NCBI GenBank assembly: GCA_012517935.1
Contig: JAAYUA010000178.1
Location: forward strand, 9,897-73,896
Direction: 5' to 3'
Length of the DNA stretch: 64,000 bases
DNA from: Acetobacter sp.
GTDB taxonomy: Bacteria; Pseudomonadota; Alphaproteobacteria; Acetobacterales; Acetobacteraceae
The position numbers and the translations under genes were made by a program. Shown piece after piece: positions 8,889 through 17,545 of the stretch (position 1 is its first letter; the number at the start of each line of letters is the position of its first letter). The notes below the pieces were generated by a model. That model was given only the letters and a program-made list of their open reading frames with translations, was not told the DNA's origin and did no database searches.

Positions 8889-11135
8889 TCAGCCGTTGTC
8901 GGTGTTATGATGGTCGCTGTCTTCAGCTACCGGAACGGGGTGTTCCCGACGCGGCAGAAGCATGAAGGCGGGGAGAGCATCTCCAAATCCTTCGACGGCA
9001 TTCGCGGGCGCATCATGAAGCAATGAGCCGCGACGGTCGCGATCCCGACGATTATCATCGCGACGACGATCCCGACGATTATCATCGCGACGGTCATGGT
9101 CGCGTTCACGGCCATCATCACGCTTGCGGTTCTGCTGCGGCTGCGGCGCTTCCTGTTCGCTTACTTCGACAGCATGGTCCCGGCGATCATTACGGTCATT
9201 GCGCTCGTTACGACCTTTTTTGCGATCTTGTGGTTTCTGATCACGACTTTTACCACGGCGTGGCTTTTCTTCCGTGGACCATTCCCGAGATTCAATGCCG
9301 TTGATGCTGATAAGAGGAATGGGTGTCCCCGTAAGTTTCTCGATCGCTTCGGCAAGAAGGCGGTCTTCCGGGATGGCAAGGCTGAAGGCATGCCCTTTCC
9401 GTCCGGCTCGGCCCGTCCGTCCGATCCGGTGAACATAATCTTCTGCGTGGAACGGCAGGTCGAAGTTGAACACGTGTGACAGGCCATTGCCGCCAATATC
9501 GATGCCACGTGCTGCGACATCAGAGCAGACAAGAATTTTCAGTTCGCCGGACTTGAACTTTTCCAGCGTCGCGAAACGGGCGGATTGCGGAAGATCCCCA
9601 TGCAGGGAGCCGACAGAGAAGCCGTGTTTCTGCAATGATTTGTAGAGCACATCGACATCGCGTTTGCGGTTGCAGAAGACAATGGCATTCTGCAATTCCG
9701 GATCACGCAACATTTTGCGGAGAGCTCGGCGTTTGTCATGTTCGTCAACGATGGCAAGCCCGGCTTCAATGGTGCTCGCAACGGTTGATGGACGACTGAC
9801 GGTGATTTCTGTCGGTGTGCGAAGGAATGCGTCTGCCAGACGACGAATTTCCGGAGCCATCGTGGCCGAGAAAAACAGGGTCTGACGATTTTGCGGCAGA
9901 AGTCCGACAATGCGCTCGATATCGGGAATGAAACCCATATCGAGCATGCGGTCGGCTTCATCAATCACCAGAATACGTGTCTGGTTCATGAGCAAACCGC
10001 CCCGCTCGAACAGATCGATAAGGCGTCCGGGAGTCGCAATCAGAACATCGACGCCCCGATTAAGGACTTCTTTCTGTTCGGCCATGCTTTCGCCGCCGAT
10101 CAGCAGGGCATGGGTCAGCTTGAGATGCTTGCCATAATCGACAAAATTTTCAGCGACCTGAAGAGCAAGCTCACGAGTTGGTTCAAGGATCAGGGAGCGT
10201 GGCATTCTTGCGCGTGCACGTGTGCCCGCAAGAATTTCGAGCATCGGCAGCGTGAAAGACGCTGTTTTTCCTGTTCCTGTTTGTGCGACTCCGAGGACAT
10301 CCTTGCCTTGCAGAATCTGCGGAATGGCCTGTGCCTGTATCGGGGTCGGGTGTTTATAACCCTTGTCCGCAAGTGCCTGGAGCAGGGGTGCTGAAAGGCC
10401 CAGATCGGAGAAAAGAGGCTCTGCGGTTTCTGCTGTGTTTTCTTCGGAAGAAGCCTGTTCGACCGGAAGGGGGACGGCATCCTGAATGATGTCTGTCGTG
10501 TCGGCTGGCACGATGACATCTTCAGCGCTGTCTGCCGTGTGCACAGGCAGATCTGTGGATTCTGTCGGCTCTTCAGTCGCTTTCTGACGTGGTGTGCGTG
10601 TTCTGCGTTTTGGCGCTTCCGGAGGCTCTTCCGACACCACAGGCGCATCTTCCACCGGCTTCGCGGCACGCGGCTTGCGTCCCGGTTTTTTCCTGACGGG
10701 AAGGTCTTCGACGATTTCAGGGCTGACGTCTTCTATAGCCACGACCTTGGCTTTGGCAGGTCGTCCACGCTTTCTGGGAGCGGGAGTTGCATCAGCTTCT
10801 GCTGTGGCTGCTGTCTGGGGCTCGTCCAGAACATCGGCTTTTTTACGTGGGGCCGCGCGCTTTCGTGCAGGTTTGCTGGCTGTAACCTCTTCTGTGACCT
10901 GCTCAGGAGTCGCGGCGTCAGTCCGGCGTGCACTGGCTGTCACAGCCGTTGCTTTCGGACGCGCCGCTCTACGCCGCGCTGGTTGCGCCGGCTCGGCTTC
11001 AGACGTGATTTCGTCTTCTGTCTGAGCAGCAGTGGTCACCGCATTCTTGCGGGGGCGTGCAGAAGTCCTGCGGGTCTTGGGGGCAGGTGAGGTTGGGATT
11101 TTGGAACTCAAAGCGCTCTCTGATTTTGCGGCCAC
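8889..11135 (-). CDS. DEAD-box ATP-dependent RNA helicase (RhlE-like) with long low-complexity N- and C-terminal tails
   Basis: Q-motif 'GYKHPTPIQAQAIP', 'AQTGTGKT', 'VIDEADRMLDMGF', 'SAT', 'HRIGRTGRAG'. About 240-aa A/P/K/R/E-rich N-tail and an R/D-rich C-tail. Confidence 0.92.
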   Translation of the reverse strand: MAAKSESALSSKIPTSPAPKTRRTSARPRKNAVTTAAQTEDEITSEAEPAQPARRRAARPKATAVTASARRTDAATPEQVTEEVTASKPARKRAAPRKKADVLDEPQTAATAEADATPAPRKRGRPAKAKVVAIEDVSPEIVEDLPVRKKPGRKPRAAKPVEDAPVVSEEPPEAPKRRTRTPRQKATEEPTESTDLPVHTADSAEDVIVPADTTDIIQDAVPLPVEQASSEENTAETAEPLFSDLGLSAPLLQALADKGYKHPTPIQAQAIPQILQGKDVLGVAQTGTGKTASFTLPMLEILAGTRARARMPRSLILEPTRELALQVAENFVDYGKHLKLTHALLIGGESMAEQKEVLNRGVDVLIATPGRLIDLFERGGLLMNQTRILVIDEADRMLDMGFIPDIERIVGLLPQNRQTLFFSATMAPEIRRLADAFLRTPTEITVSRPSTVASTIEAGLAIVDEHDKRRALRKMLRDPELQNAIVFCNRKRDVDVLYKSLQKHGFSVGSLHGDLPQSARFATLEKFKSGELKILVCSDVAARGIDIGGNGLSHVFNFDLPFHAEDYVHRIGRTGRAGRKGHAFSLAIPEDRLLAEAIEKLTGTPIPLISINGIESREWSTEEKPRRGKSRDQKPQDRKKGRNERNDRNDRRDHAVEVSEQEAPQPQQNRKRDDGRERDHDRRDDNRRDRRRDDNRRDRDRRGSLLHDAPANAVEGFGDALPAFMLLPRREHPVPVAEDSDHHNTDNG
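9041..9094 (-). repeat. In-frame 27-nt tandem duplication inside the helicase C-terminal tail
   Basis: GATCCCGACGATTATCATCGCGACG occurs at 9041 and again at 9068; 25 of 27 nt are identical. On the minus strand it encodes the repeated 'RRDDNRRDR'. Confidence 0.9.
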
Positions 11136-11290
11136 GAAATAACGGGGATGAACCCTCGCATTTCCTGCTGTCCCGACAATATGTGTAAAGCCAGCAGAAA
11201 CCGGACAAGGCGAGGCTGTGGGTAAGAGGTTCCGTCCCGAAAATCAAGTATTACCGGGTGTCTCGTTGCGGATCATCCATGAAATCTGGA

Positions 11291-11752
11291 TTACAGCCCG
11301 TGTCCCATTGATGCGAAGCCTATGGTCAGCACACCGAGTGCGGCAACCGAAAAAACCAGTTTGCGAATTGAAGTGAACGTGGCCGGGAGTGGGCGGAGAG
11401 AGCGTCTGGCTTTTTGGTAAGGCCCATAGAAAGCGCGAAGAAACAATGCAGCCATGATCAGACCGAGGAGCTGCATCACGTTCGTTGTCCACATGACATG
11501 CGCGAAGCCGCCTTCATGAAAGATCATGAGCCAGCCGGTGATCAGCACGATGGGCATTACATGCCAGACGACGCGGAAAAATCGACGCAGTGCCTGCAAA
11601 TGAACCGAGGAGCGTTGTGTCTGGTCCAGCAGGGAGAGGCTGGGGGACAGGATGAGAGATCCGTACAGTGCGCCGCCGACCCATGCTGTCATGCCTGCGA
11701 TATGCAGTGTCAGGATCAGACTCCAGAGAATGTGCGGCATGAACGGCTCCAC
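11291..11752 (-). CDS. Small polytopic inner-membrane protein (about 4 TM; CopD/DUF2214-like by feel)
   Basis: 153 aa with four hydrophobic segments; N-terminal 'LTLHIAGMTAWVGGALYG'. Family assignment not verified. Confidence 0.5.
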   Translation of the reverse strand: MEPFMPHILWSLILTLHIAGMTAWVGGALYGSLILSPSLSLLDQTQRSSVHLQALRRFFRVVWHVMPIVLITGWLMIFHEGGFAHVMWTTNVMQLLGLIMAALFLRAFYGPYQKARRSLRPLPATFTSIRKLVFSVAALGVLTIGFASMGHGL

Positions 11753-11923
11753 AATGATCGCGGCAGATATTTTTTATCTGACACGGCAGCGGTTGAAACA
11801 GGAGCTCTGTCGTTTATCCGCCATGTTGCATTCCGCCAAGTCATCAGCTCCGGCTATCATCGTCAAAACGGGTGGTAAAAGACGTCGCTGGAAGTCGAAG
11901 ATCTCGTAATGGAGGGGTTCTGA

Positions 11924-13441
11924 ATGCCTGTATTCGCAAGTGATCTGGCGCTGCCCGATCCGGAAGAGAAGGGGCGGATTGATCGTTTCACAGCGCGGAC
12001 AGTGCCCATTGCAACGCTGATGGAAAACGCGGGTCGTGCTGTGGCACGCGCTGTGAAGAATTTTGCGTCCCCCTGCCGCGTTCTGGTGTTGTGCGGACCC
12101 GGAAATAATGGCGGCGATGGATACGTTGCCGCACGTCATTTGTCGGAACAGGGGTGGCCGGTCAGTGTCGCTGTGCTCGCTGAACCTTCTCCCGGCGGTG
12201 ATGCTGCTTTGATGGCAGAGCGTCTGAATGTTCCACGTGTTCCATTTTCAGTTGAAGAAGCTGCGCGGGCGGATCTGGTTATTGATGCCGTATTCGGCGC
12301 AGGTCTGAATCGTGATGTTGTTGGAAAAGTGGCTGATGTGCTGGCTGCGGCGCGGCGCTTGGTGGCGATTGATGTGCCGACAGGGCTGGATGGACACACA
12401 GGGCAGGTGAGGGGATTTGCACCGCAGGCGGAATTGACGGTGACATTTTTCCGTCCGTCTCCGGGACACCTGCTGTTTCCGGGGCGATCGCTGTGCGGTC
12501 ATCTGGTCGTCCGGGATATTGGCATCAAAGGAGAGGATGCGTTTGAGGCAGTTCCGGTCAAAACATGGCTGAACTGGCCGGGCCTGTGGCGTTTGCCGAT
12601 CTTGGGGCCCCAGAGTCACAAATATACTCGCGGCGTTGTCAGTCTGTGTGCGGGCGAATCGATGCCGGGGGCGGCGCGCCTTGCTGCTGCCGGTGCAAGG
12701 ACTGCTGGCGCCGGGTTGGTGCGGATTTCTGCTGAGGCGAATGCTCCAGCACTCAGGCTTGCCGTGGCGCCCGGTTTGATTGTTGACGGTCAACCTCTCG
12801 AACAATTGTTAACTGACGTGCGTCGCAGGGTCTGGATCTGCGGTCCGGGGCTCACTGTTGAGGAAGCCGCTCATGCGTTGCCGATATTGCTGTCTGCGGG
12901 ACGGCAGGTTGTTGCGGATGCTGGGGCTCTTGGTTTGGCGGCGGGCGTGCCTGAAAAATTGAAGGGCGTTTCCGTCATTACCCCGCATGAGGGCGAGTTT
13001 GTCGCGTTGTTCGGGGCTGTTGGAGAGGATGCTGTAGCAGCCGTGCGTGCTGCGGCGGTCATGATTGATGCGGTGGTCGTGTTGAAAGGAGCGACGACGG
13101 TGATCGCAGCTCCAGATGGGCGTGTCGCCTTGAATACGCATGCGTCTGTTGCTCTGGGCACGGCGGGGTCCGGGGATACGCTCAGCGGTGTGATTGCTGC
13201 GTTGCTGGCGGCTGGTATGCCCGTCTGGGAAGCCGCAGCCGCTGGTGTCTGGCTGCATGGAGAAGCGGGGCTCCGCGCTGGAGGCTGGTGTCTGGCGGAG
13301 GATCTGGATCGATATCTCGGTGATGCCAGAGGTTATGCGACGGCATTACAGGACGAAAATGCATCTCGGACCCTTGAATGGTGGCCAGGATGTGAAATGA
13401 AATTTGGAAGGTGGCTTGCCGAGGGGCGCTCTCTGCGCTAA
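11924..13441 (+). CDS. nnr: Bifunctional NAD(P)H-hydrate repair enzyme Nnr (epimerase + ADP-dependent dehydratase)
   Basis: YjeF-N motif 'CGPGNNGGDGYVAARHL'. C-terminal carbohydrate-kinase domain with 'GTAGSGDTLSGVIAALLA'. Confidence 0.88.
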   Translation: MPVFASDLALPDPEEKGRIDRFTARTVPIATLMENAGRAVARAVKNFASPCRVLVLCGPGNNGGDGYVAARHLSEQGWPVSVAVLAEPSPGGDAALMAERLNVPRVPFSVEEAARADLVIDAVFGAGLNRDVVGKVADVLAAARRLVAIDVPTGLDGHTGQVRGFAPQAELTVTFFRPSPGHLLFPGRSLCGHLVVRDIGIKGEDAFEAVPVKTWLNWPGLWRLPILGPQSHKYTRGVVSLCAGESMPGAARLAAAGARTAGAGLVRISAEANAPALRLAVAPGLIVDGQPLEQLLTDVRRRVWICGPGLTVEEAAHALPILLSAGRQVVADAGALGLAAGVPEKLKGVSVITPHEGEFVALFGAVGEDAVAAVRAAAVMIDAVVVLKGATTVIAAPDGRVALNTHASVALGTAGSGDTLSGVIAALLAAGMPVWEAAAAGVWLHGEAGLRAGGWCLAEDLDRYLGDARGYATALQDENASRTLEWWPGCEMKFGRWLAEGRSLR

Positions 13442-13494
13442 GTGCGCCGTTATCAACGACTAGAGGCGGATCTCCGGATCTGTTTCAACGCTGT

Positions 13495-13579
<85 letters not shown>

Positions 13580-13609
13580 CAAATTGTGATATCACTCGGT
13601 ATTCTGACG

Positions 13610-13640
13610 CGGCTTCCATGACCGGAGGCCGTTTTTTATT
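13610..13640 (+). terminator. Rho-independent terminator after tRNA-Leu
   Basis: 8-bp stem CGGCTTCC/GGAGGCCG (one G-U), followed by TTTTTTATT. Confidence 0.6.
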
Positions 13641-13684
13641 AGTGTGTCATTTTGACCGATCTGGACGAGAGGATGGCCTGACTG

Positions 13685-15016
13685 ATGCAGGTTACAGAGA
13701 CGCTTTCCGAAGGCCTGAAGCGCGGCTTTACCGTGACTGTGCCGGCCGCTGACCTGGCCGAGCGGGAGATAGCCCGTCTTAAGGAAGTGGGCGGCTCCCT
13801 GCGTCTGCCGGGCTTCCGTCCGGGTAAGGTTCCGTTGTCGCTGGTCCGCCAGCGCTATGGCGATGCTGTAAAGAGCGAAGTGATCGAACAGGCTGTTTCC
13901 GAGTCTGTCGGCAAGGTGTTCGAAGAGCGTGGTCTTCGTCCCGCCATGCAGCCGAAAGTCGACCTTAAGGCTGGCGCAGACGGCAAGGAAGATCTCCAGT
14001 TTACTGTCGAGACAGAAATCCTGCCTGAAATCGCTGAGCCTGATCTGTCTGATCTTGAGCTCATTCGACTGAAGGCCATTCCTTCAGCTGAAACAGTTGA
14101 CAAGGCTCTTACGGACATTGCCAAGCGTCAGCGTACGTTTGAAGATGTTACGGAAGATCGTCCTGCAGCGCAGGGTGATGCTCTGGTTGTCGATTTTGTT
14201 GGCAAGCAGGACGGTGTTGCTTTTGATGGTGGCACGGCTTCCGATGTCAGCGTCGAGATCGGTGGTGAAGGTTTCATCCCGGGCTTTGCTGAGCAGCTTG
14301 AAGGCATGAAGCCGGGCGAAGAGAAGGTGATTACTGTCACTTTCCCTGAGGAATATGGCGCGACCGAGCTGGCAGGCAAGGAAGCAACCTTCGACATCAA
14401 GGCGAAGGCCCTGAAGCGTCCGGTTGATCCTGCTCTTGATGATGATCTGGCAAAGAAAATCGGTTTTGATGGTCTTGAGCAGATTCGTGAACTGATCACC
14501 AAGCAGGTTGCTGACGAATACGAGCAGCTTTCCCGTTTGCGGATCAAGCGCGATCTTCTTGACGCTCTGGCTAAGAAGCTCGACTTCCCGGCTCCGGAAA
14601 GCATGGTCGATGCCGAGTTCGAGCAGATCTGGGCACGCGTCGAAGCTGACCGCAAGAGTGGTGAGCTTGATGACGAGGATAAGGAAAAAGACGAAGATAC
14701 TCTTCGTGCCGATTATCGTCGCATCGCTGAGCGCCGCGTCCGTCTTGGTCTTCTTCTCGCTGAAATCGGTCGCAGCAAGGGTATTGTCGTCACTCAGGAC
14801 GAAATGGCTCGTGCGATTCGCGCTGAGGCTCTTCGTTATCGCGGTCAGGAACAGGCTGTTTTCGATTATTTCCAGAAGAATCCGCAGGCTGCTGAATCTC
14901 TTCGTGGTCCGATCTTCGAAAACAAAGTTGTCGATTATCTGATCGAGCTGGCGAAAGTCACTGACAAAGAAGTCACGCCGGAAGAACTGGCAGATATGCC
15001 GCCTGCTGACGTCTGA
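13685..15016 (+). CDS. tig: Trigger factor
   Basis: 443 aa. N-terminal ribosome-binding 'GFRPGKVP', central FKBP-type PPIase 'FIPGFAEQLEGMKPGE'. Upstream of clpP-clpX-lon. Confidence 0.93.
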   Translation: MQVTETLSEGLKRGFTVTVPAADLAEREIARLKEVGGSLRLPGFRPGKVPLSLVRQRYGDAVKSEVIEQAVSESVGKVFEERGLRPAMQPKVDLKAGADGKEDLQFTVETEILPEIAEPDLSDLELIRLKAIPSAETVDKALTDIAKRQRTFEDVTEDRPAAQGDALVVDFVGKQDGVAFDGGTASDVSVEIGGEGFIPGFAEQLEGMKPGEEKVITVTFPEEYGATELAGKEATFDIKAKALKRPVDPALDDDLAKKIGFDGLEQIRELITKQVADEYEQLSRLRIKRDLLDALAKKLDFPAPESMVDAEFEQIWARVEADRKSGELDDEDKEKDEDTLRADYRRIAERRVRLGLLLAEIGRSKGIVVTQDEMARAIRAEALRYRGQEQAVFDYFQKNPQAAESLRGPIFENKVVDYLIELAKVTDKEVTPEELADMPPADV

Positions 15017-15041
15017 TTTCCTGGCTTTTGACAGGACTTGC

Positions 15042-15073
15042 AAGGCCGGGCAAAAGCCCGGCCTTTCTTGTTT
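15042..15073 (+). terminator. Rho-independent terminator after tig
   Basis: 10-bp stem AAGGCCGGGC/GCCCGGCCTT with an AAAA loop, then TCTTGTTT. Confidence 0.75.
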
Positions 15074-15261
15074 GCGGGCAGGCAAATGATGGGCTGGCAT
15101 CGAAAGAGTGATGTTTCTTCAGTCTGTGCTCTGGTGTCCTAGCGGTTTATCTCTATCTTATGAGAACGAACGATAATCATCATGGCAGGCTGTGTCGCTT
15201 CTGTCGGCAGTGGAAAGTCGGTGAGGGTTTTTCGTGCAGGTTTTGTGTCGGGAATGAAGCT

Positions 15262-15900
15262 ATGAGGGATCGGGATCCCGTCGAGATTTTCAATAATGCG
15301 CTCGTGCCGATGGTGGTGGAGCAAACGTCGCGTGGTGAACGTGCGTTTGATATCTTCTCTCGCCTTCTGCAGGAGCGGATCGTATTCCTGACTGGTCCTG
15401 TTTATGATCAGGTCGGGTCATTGATTTCAGCGCAGCTTCTCTATCTTGAGAGCGTCAACCCGGCGAAAGAAATTTCGTTCTATATCAACAGTCCTGGCGG
15501 CGTGGTTTCAGCCGGTCTCGCGATTTACGACACGATGCAATATATTCGTAGCCCGGTTAGCACCGTGTGCATCGGGCAGGCTGCATCAATGGGGTCTCTG
15601 CTTCTTGCAGGTGGAGCTCCGGGGCGTCGCTTCGCGCTGCCGAACGCGCGCGTCATGGTGCACCAGCCATCGGGTGGAGCGCAGGGGCAGGCGAGTGATA
15701 TCGAAATTCAGGCGCGGGAAATCCTGACGATTCGTCAGCGTCTGAATGAGATCTATCGCGAGCATACGGGTCAGACGCTTGAAGATATCGAAGCGAAGCT
15801 GGAGCGTGACAGTTATATGTCAGCTTCAGAGGCGAAAGCCTTTGGTATCGTTGATGAAGTGATATCCAGTCATGCCGCATCTCAGGATGCTGAAAAATAA
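15262..15900 (+). CDS. clpP: ATP-dependent Clp protease proteolytic subunit
   Basis: Catalytic 'GQAASMGS' (Ser) and 'MVHQPSGG' (His). ATG 15262 gives a normal-length protein; the track's 34-codon Cys/Arg-rich extension is rejected. Confidence 0.93.
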   Translation: MRDRDPVEIFNNALVPMVVEQTSRGERAFDIFSRLLQERIVFLTGPVYDQVGSLISAQLLYLESVNPAKEISFYINSPGGVVSAGLAIYDTMQYIRSPVSTVCIGQAASMGSLLLAGGAPGRRFALPNARVMVHQPSGGAQGQASDIEIQAREILTIRQRLNEIYREHTGQTLEDIEAKLERDSYMSASEAKAFGIVDEVISSHAASQDAEK

Positions 15901-16037
15901 TCTTTAATATGGCGGCCGGGCGGCTTTTTGCTGTCCGGCTTGTGGGGAACAGCTCTGGAATATACACTGATCAACCCGCCGGTGATGTTCGGCGGAGATG
16001 TTTCTGGGCCTGGTCCGGGCAAGGTTGAGGGGGACTC

Positions 16038-17303
16038 ATGAACGCGAAGTCCGGCGATTCCAAGAATACGCTTTACTGCTCTTTCTGCGGGAAATCGCAG
16101 CATGAGGTCCGTAAGCTGATTGCAGGTCCGACGGTATTCATCTGTGATGAATGTGTTGAACTCTGCATGGACATCATTCGTGAAGAGCACAAGACGACGC
16201 TGGTCAAATCGCGGGATGGCGTTCCGACGCCGCGTGAGATCTGCAATATTCTTGATGACTATGTGATCGGGCAGTTTGACGCGAAAAAGGTTCTCTCTGT
16301 CGCTGTACATAACCACTATAAACGTCTGTCGTGCACGACCAAGAACGGTGATGTCGAGATTGCAAAATCGAACATCATGCTGATTGGCCCAACGGGTTCG
16401 GGCAAGACTTTGCTGGCCCAGACATTGGCACGGATCATCGATGTTCCGTTCACGATGGCTGATGCAACGACGCTGACCGAAGCCGGTTATGTGGGAGAGG
16501 ATGTCGAGAACATTATCCTCAAGTTGTTGCAGGCTTCAGATTACAATGTTGAACGTGCCCAGCGCGGTATTGTTTACATTGACGAAATCGACAAGATTTC
16601 CCGCAAATCCGATAATCCGTCGATTACGCGGGATGTCAGCGGTGAAGGTGTGCAGCAGGCGCTTCTGAAGCTGATGGAAGGCACCATCGCTTCCGTGCCA
16701 CCTCAGGGTGGGCGGAAACATCCTCAGCAGGAGTTTCTGCAGGTCGACACGACCAACATGCTCTTTATCTGCGGTGGTGCTTTTGCTGGCCTCGAGAAGA
16801 TTATTTCGGCTCGCGGGAAGGGTTCGGGCATCGGCTTTGGTGCCGATGTGCAGTCACCGGAAGATCGTCGGACAGGTGCGGTTCTCAAGGAAGTTGAGCC
16901 TGAGGATCTCCTCAAGTTTGGTCTGATTCCGGAATTCATCGGTCGTCTTCCAGTCGTCGCAACACTTGATGATCTGGATGAGGACGCGCTGGTCCGGATT
17001 CTTTCGGAACCGAAAAACGCCCTGATCAAACAGTATGCGCGTCTGTTCCAGATGGAAGACGTGAAACTGACCTTTACAGAGGATGCTCTGAAGGGGATTG
17101 CGCAGCGCGCGATTGAACGCAAGACAGGTGCACGTGGTCTGCGTTCGATTGTGGAGAATATTCTGATTTCCACGATGTTTGATCTTCCTGGACTGGATGA
17201 TGTTGAGGAAGTCGTGGTGAATCGTGATGTCGCCGAAGGTCGTGCAAGCCCGGTGTATGTTTACGGGAAAAAACGTGAACTTCCGGCGGAGCAGTCCGCC
17301 TGA
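16038..17303 (+). CDS. clpX: ATP-dependent Clp protease ATP-binding subunit ClpX
   Basis: Zinc-finger '[27 protein letters not shown]', Walker A 'GPTGSGKT', 'IVYIDEIDK'. Confidence 0.96.
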   Translation: MNAKSGDSKNTLYCSFCGKSQHEVRKLIAGPTVFICDECVELCMDIIREEHKTTLVKSRDGVPTPREICNILDDYVIGQFDAKKVLSVAVHNHYKRLSCTTKNGDVEIAKSNIMLIGPTGSGKTLLAQTLARIIDVPFTMADATTLTEAGYVGEDVENIILKLLQASDYNVERAQRGIVYIDEIDKISRKSDNPSITRDVSGEGVQQALLKLMEGTIASVPPQGGRKHPQQEFLQVDTTNMLFICGGAFAGLEKIISARGKGSGIGFGADVQSPEDRRTGAVLKEVEPEDLLKFGLIPEFIGRLPVVATLDDLDEDALVRILSEPKNALIKQYARLFQMEDVKLTFTEDALKGIAQRAIERKTGARGLRSIVENILISTMFDLPGLDDVEEVVVNRDVAEGRASPVYVYGKKRELPAEQSA

Positions 17304-17331
17304 GCCGTTTTCACGCAGGAGGTGGAGGTTC

Positions 17332-17360
17332 CTTGCATTGGACCTCTCCCCTTCCCATGT
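17332..17360 (+). promoter_or_regulatory. Candidate sigma-32 (RpoH) heat-shock promoter for lon
   Basis: CTTGCA - 15 nt - TCCCATGT, compared with the E. coli sigma-32 consensus CTTGAA - N13-15 - CCCCATNT. About 185 nt upstream of the lon ATG. Match by eye only. Confidence 0.4.
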
Positions 17361-17545
17361 CTCTGTAATGGATACGGAGATTTTTCCTGTCAGGCGGATC
17401 GTTTCCCGAAAGTTATTTTGGTGACAATCCGTCAGAGTTGTTTTTTTCGTAATATCTCCGGCTGATTTTTATAAGCCGATGGCAGGGCGGGGCCTGAAGA
17501 GGACCGACCTGCCAGGATCGTCCCGTGAGGAGGTCACTTTTCTCT

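Noticed and set aside
9041-9094. A short tandem DNA repeat, considered as a possible CRISPR-like or VNTR intergenic element.
   Set aside because: There are only two units, with no spacers. The repeat is in frame inside the helicase coding sequence, where it encodes a duplicated RRDDNRRDR peptide.
15160-15261. Upstream in-frame extensions offered by the ORF track for clpP. The same applies to the Rrf2 gene (811), lon (17525), nuoH (28081), pyrH (41250), cdsA (43374), dxr (44249), skp (49229), fabZ (51137), gloA (53656) and amtB (54532).
   Set aside because: The extensions are Cys/Arg-rich or overlap the preceding gene. Internal ATG/GTG codons give N-termini that match the canonical family starts, such as MKTVTVLGSTGSIG for Dxr or a clean signal peptide for AmtB and Skp.
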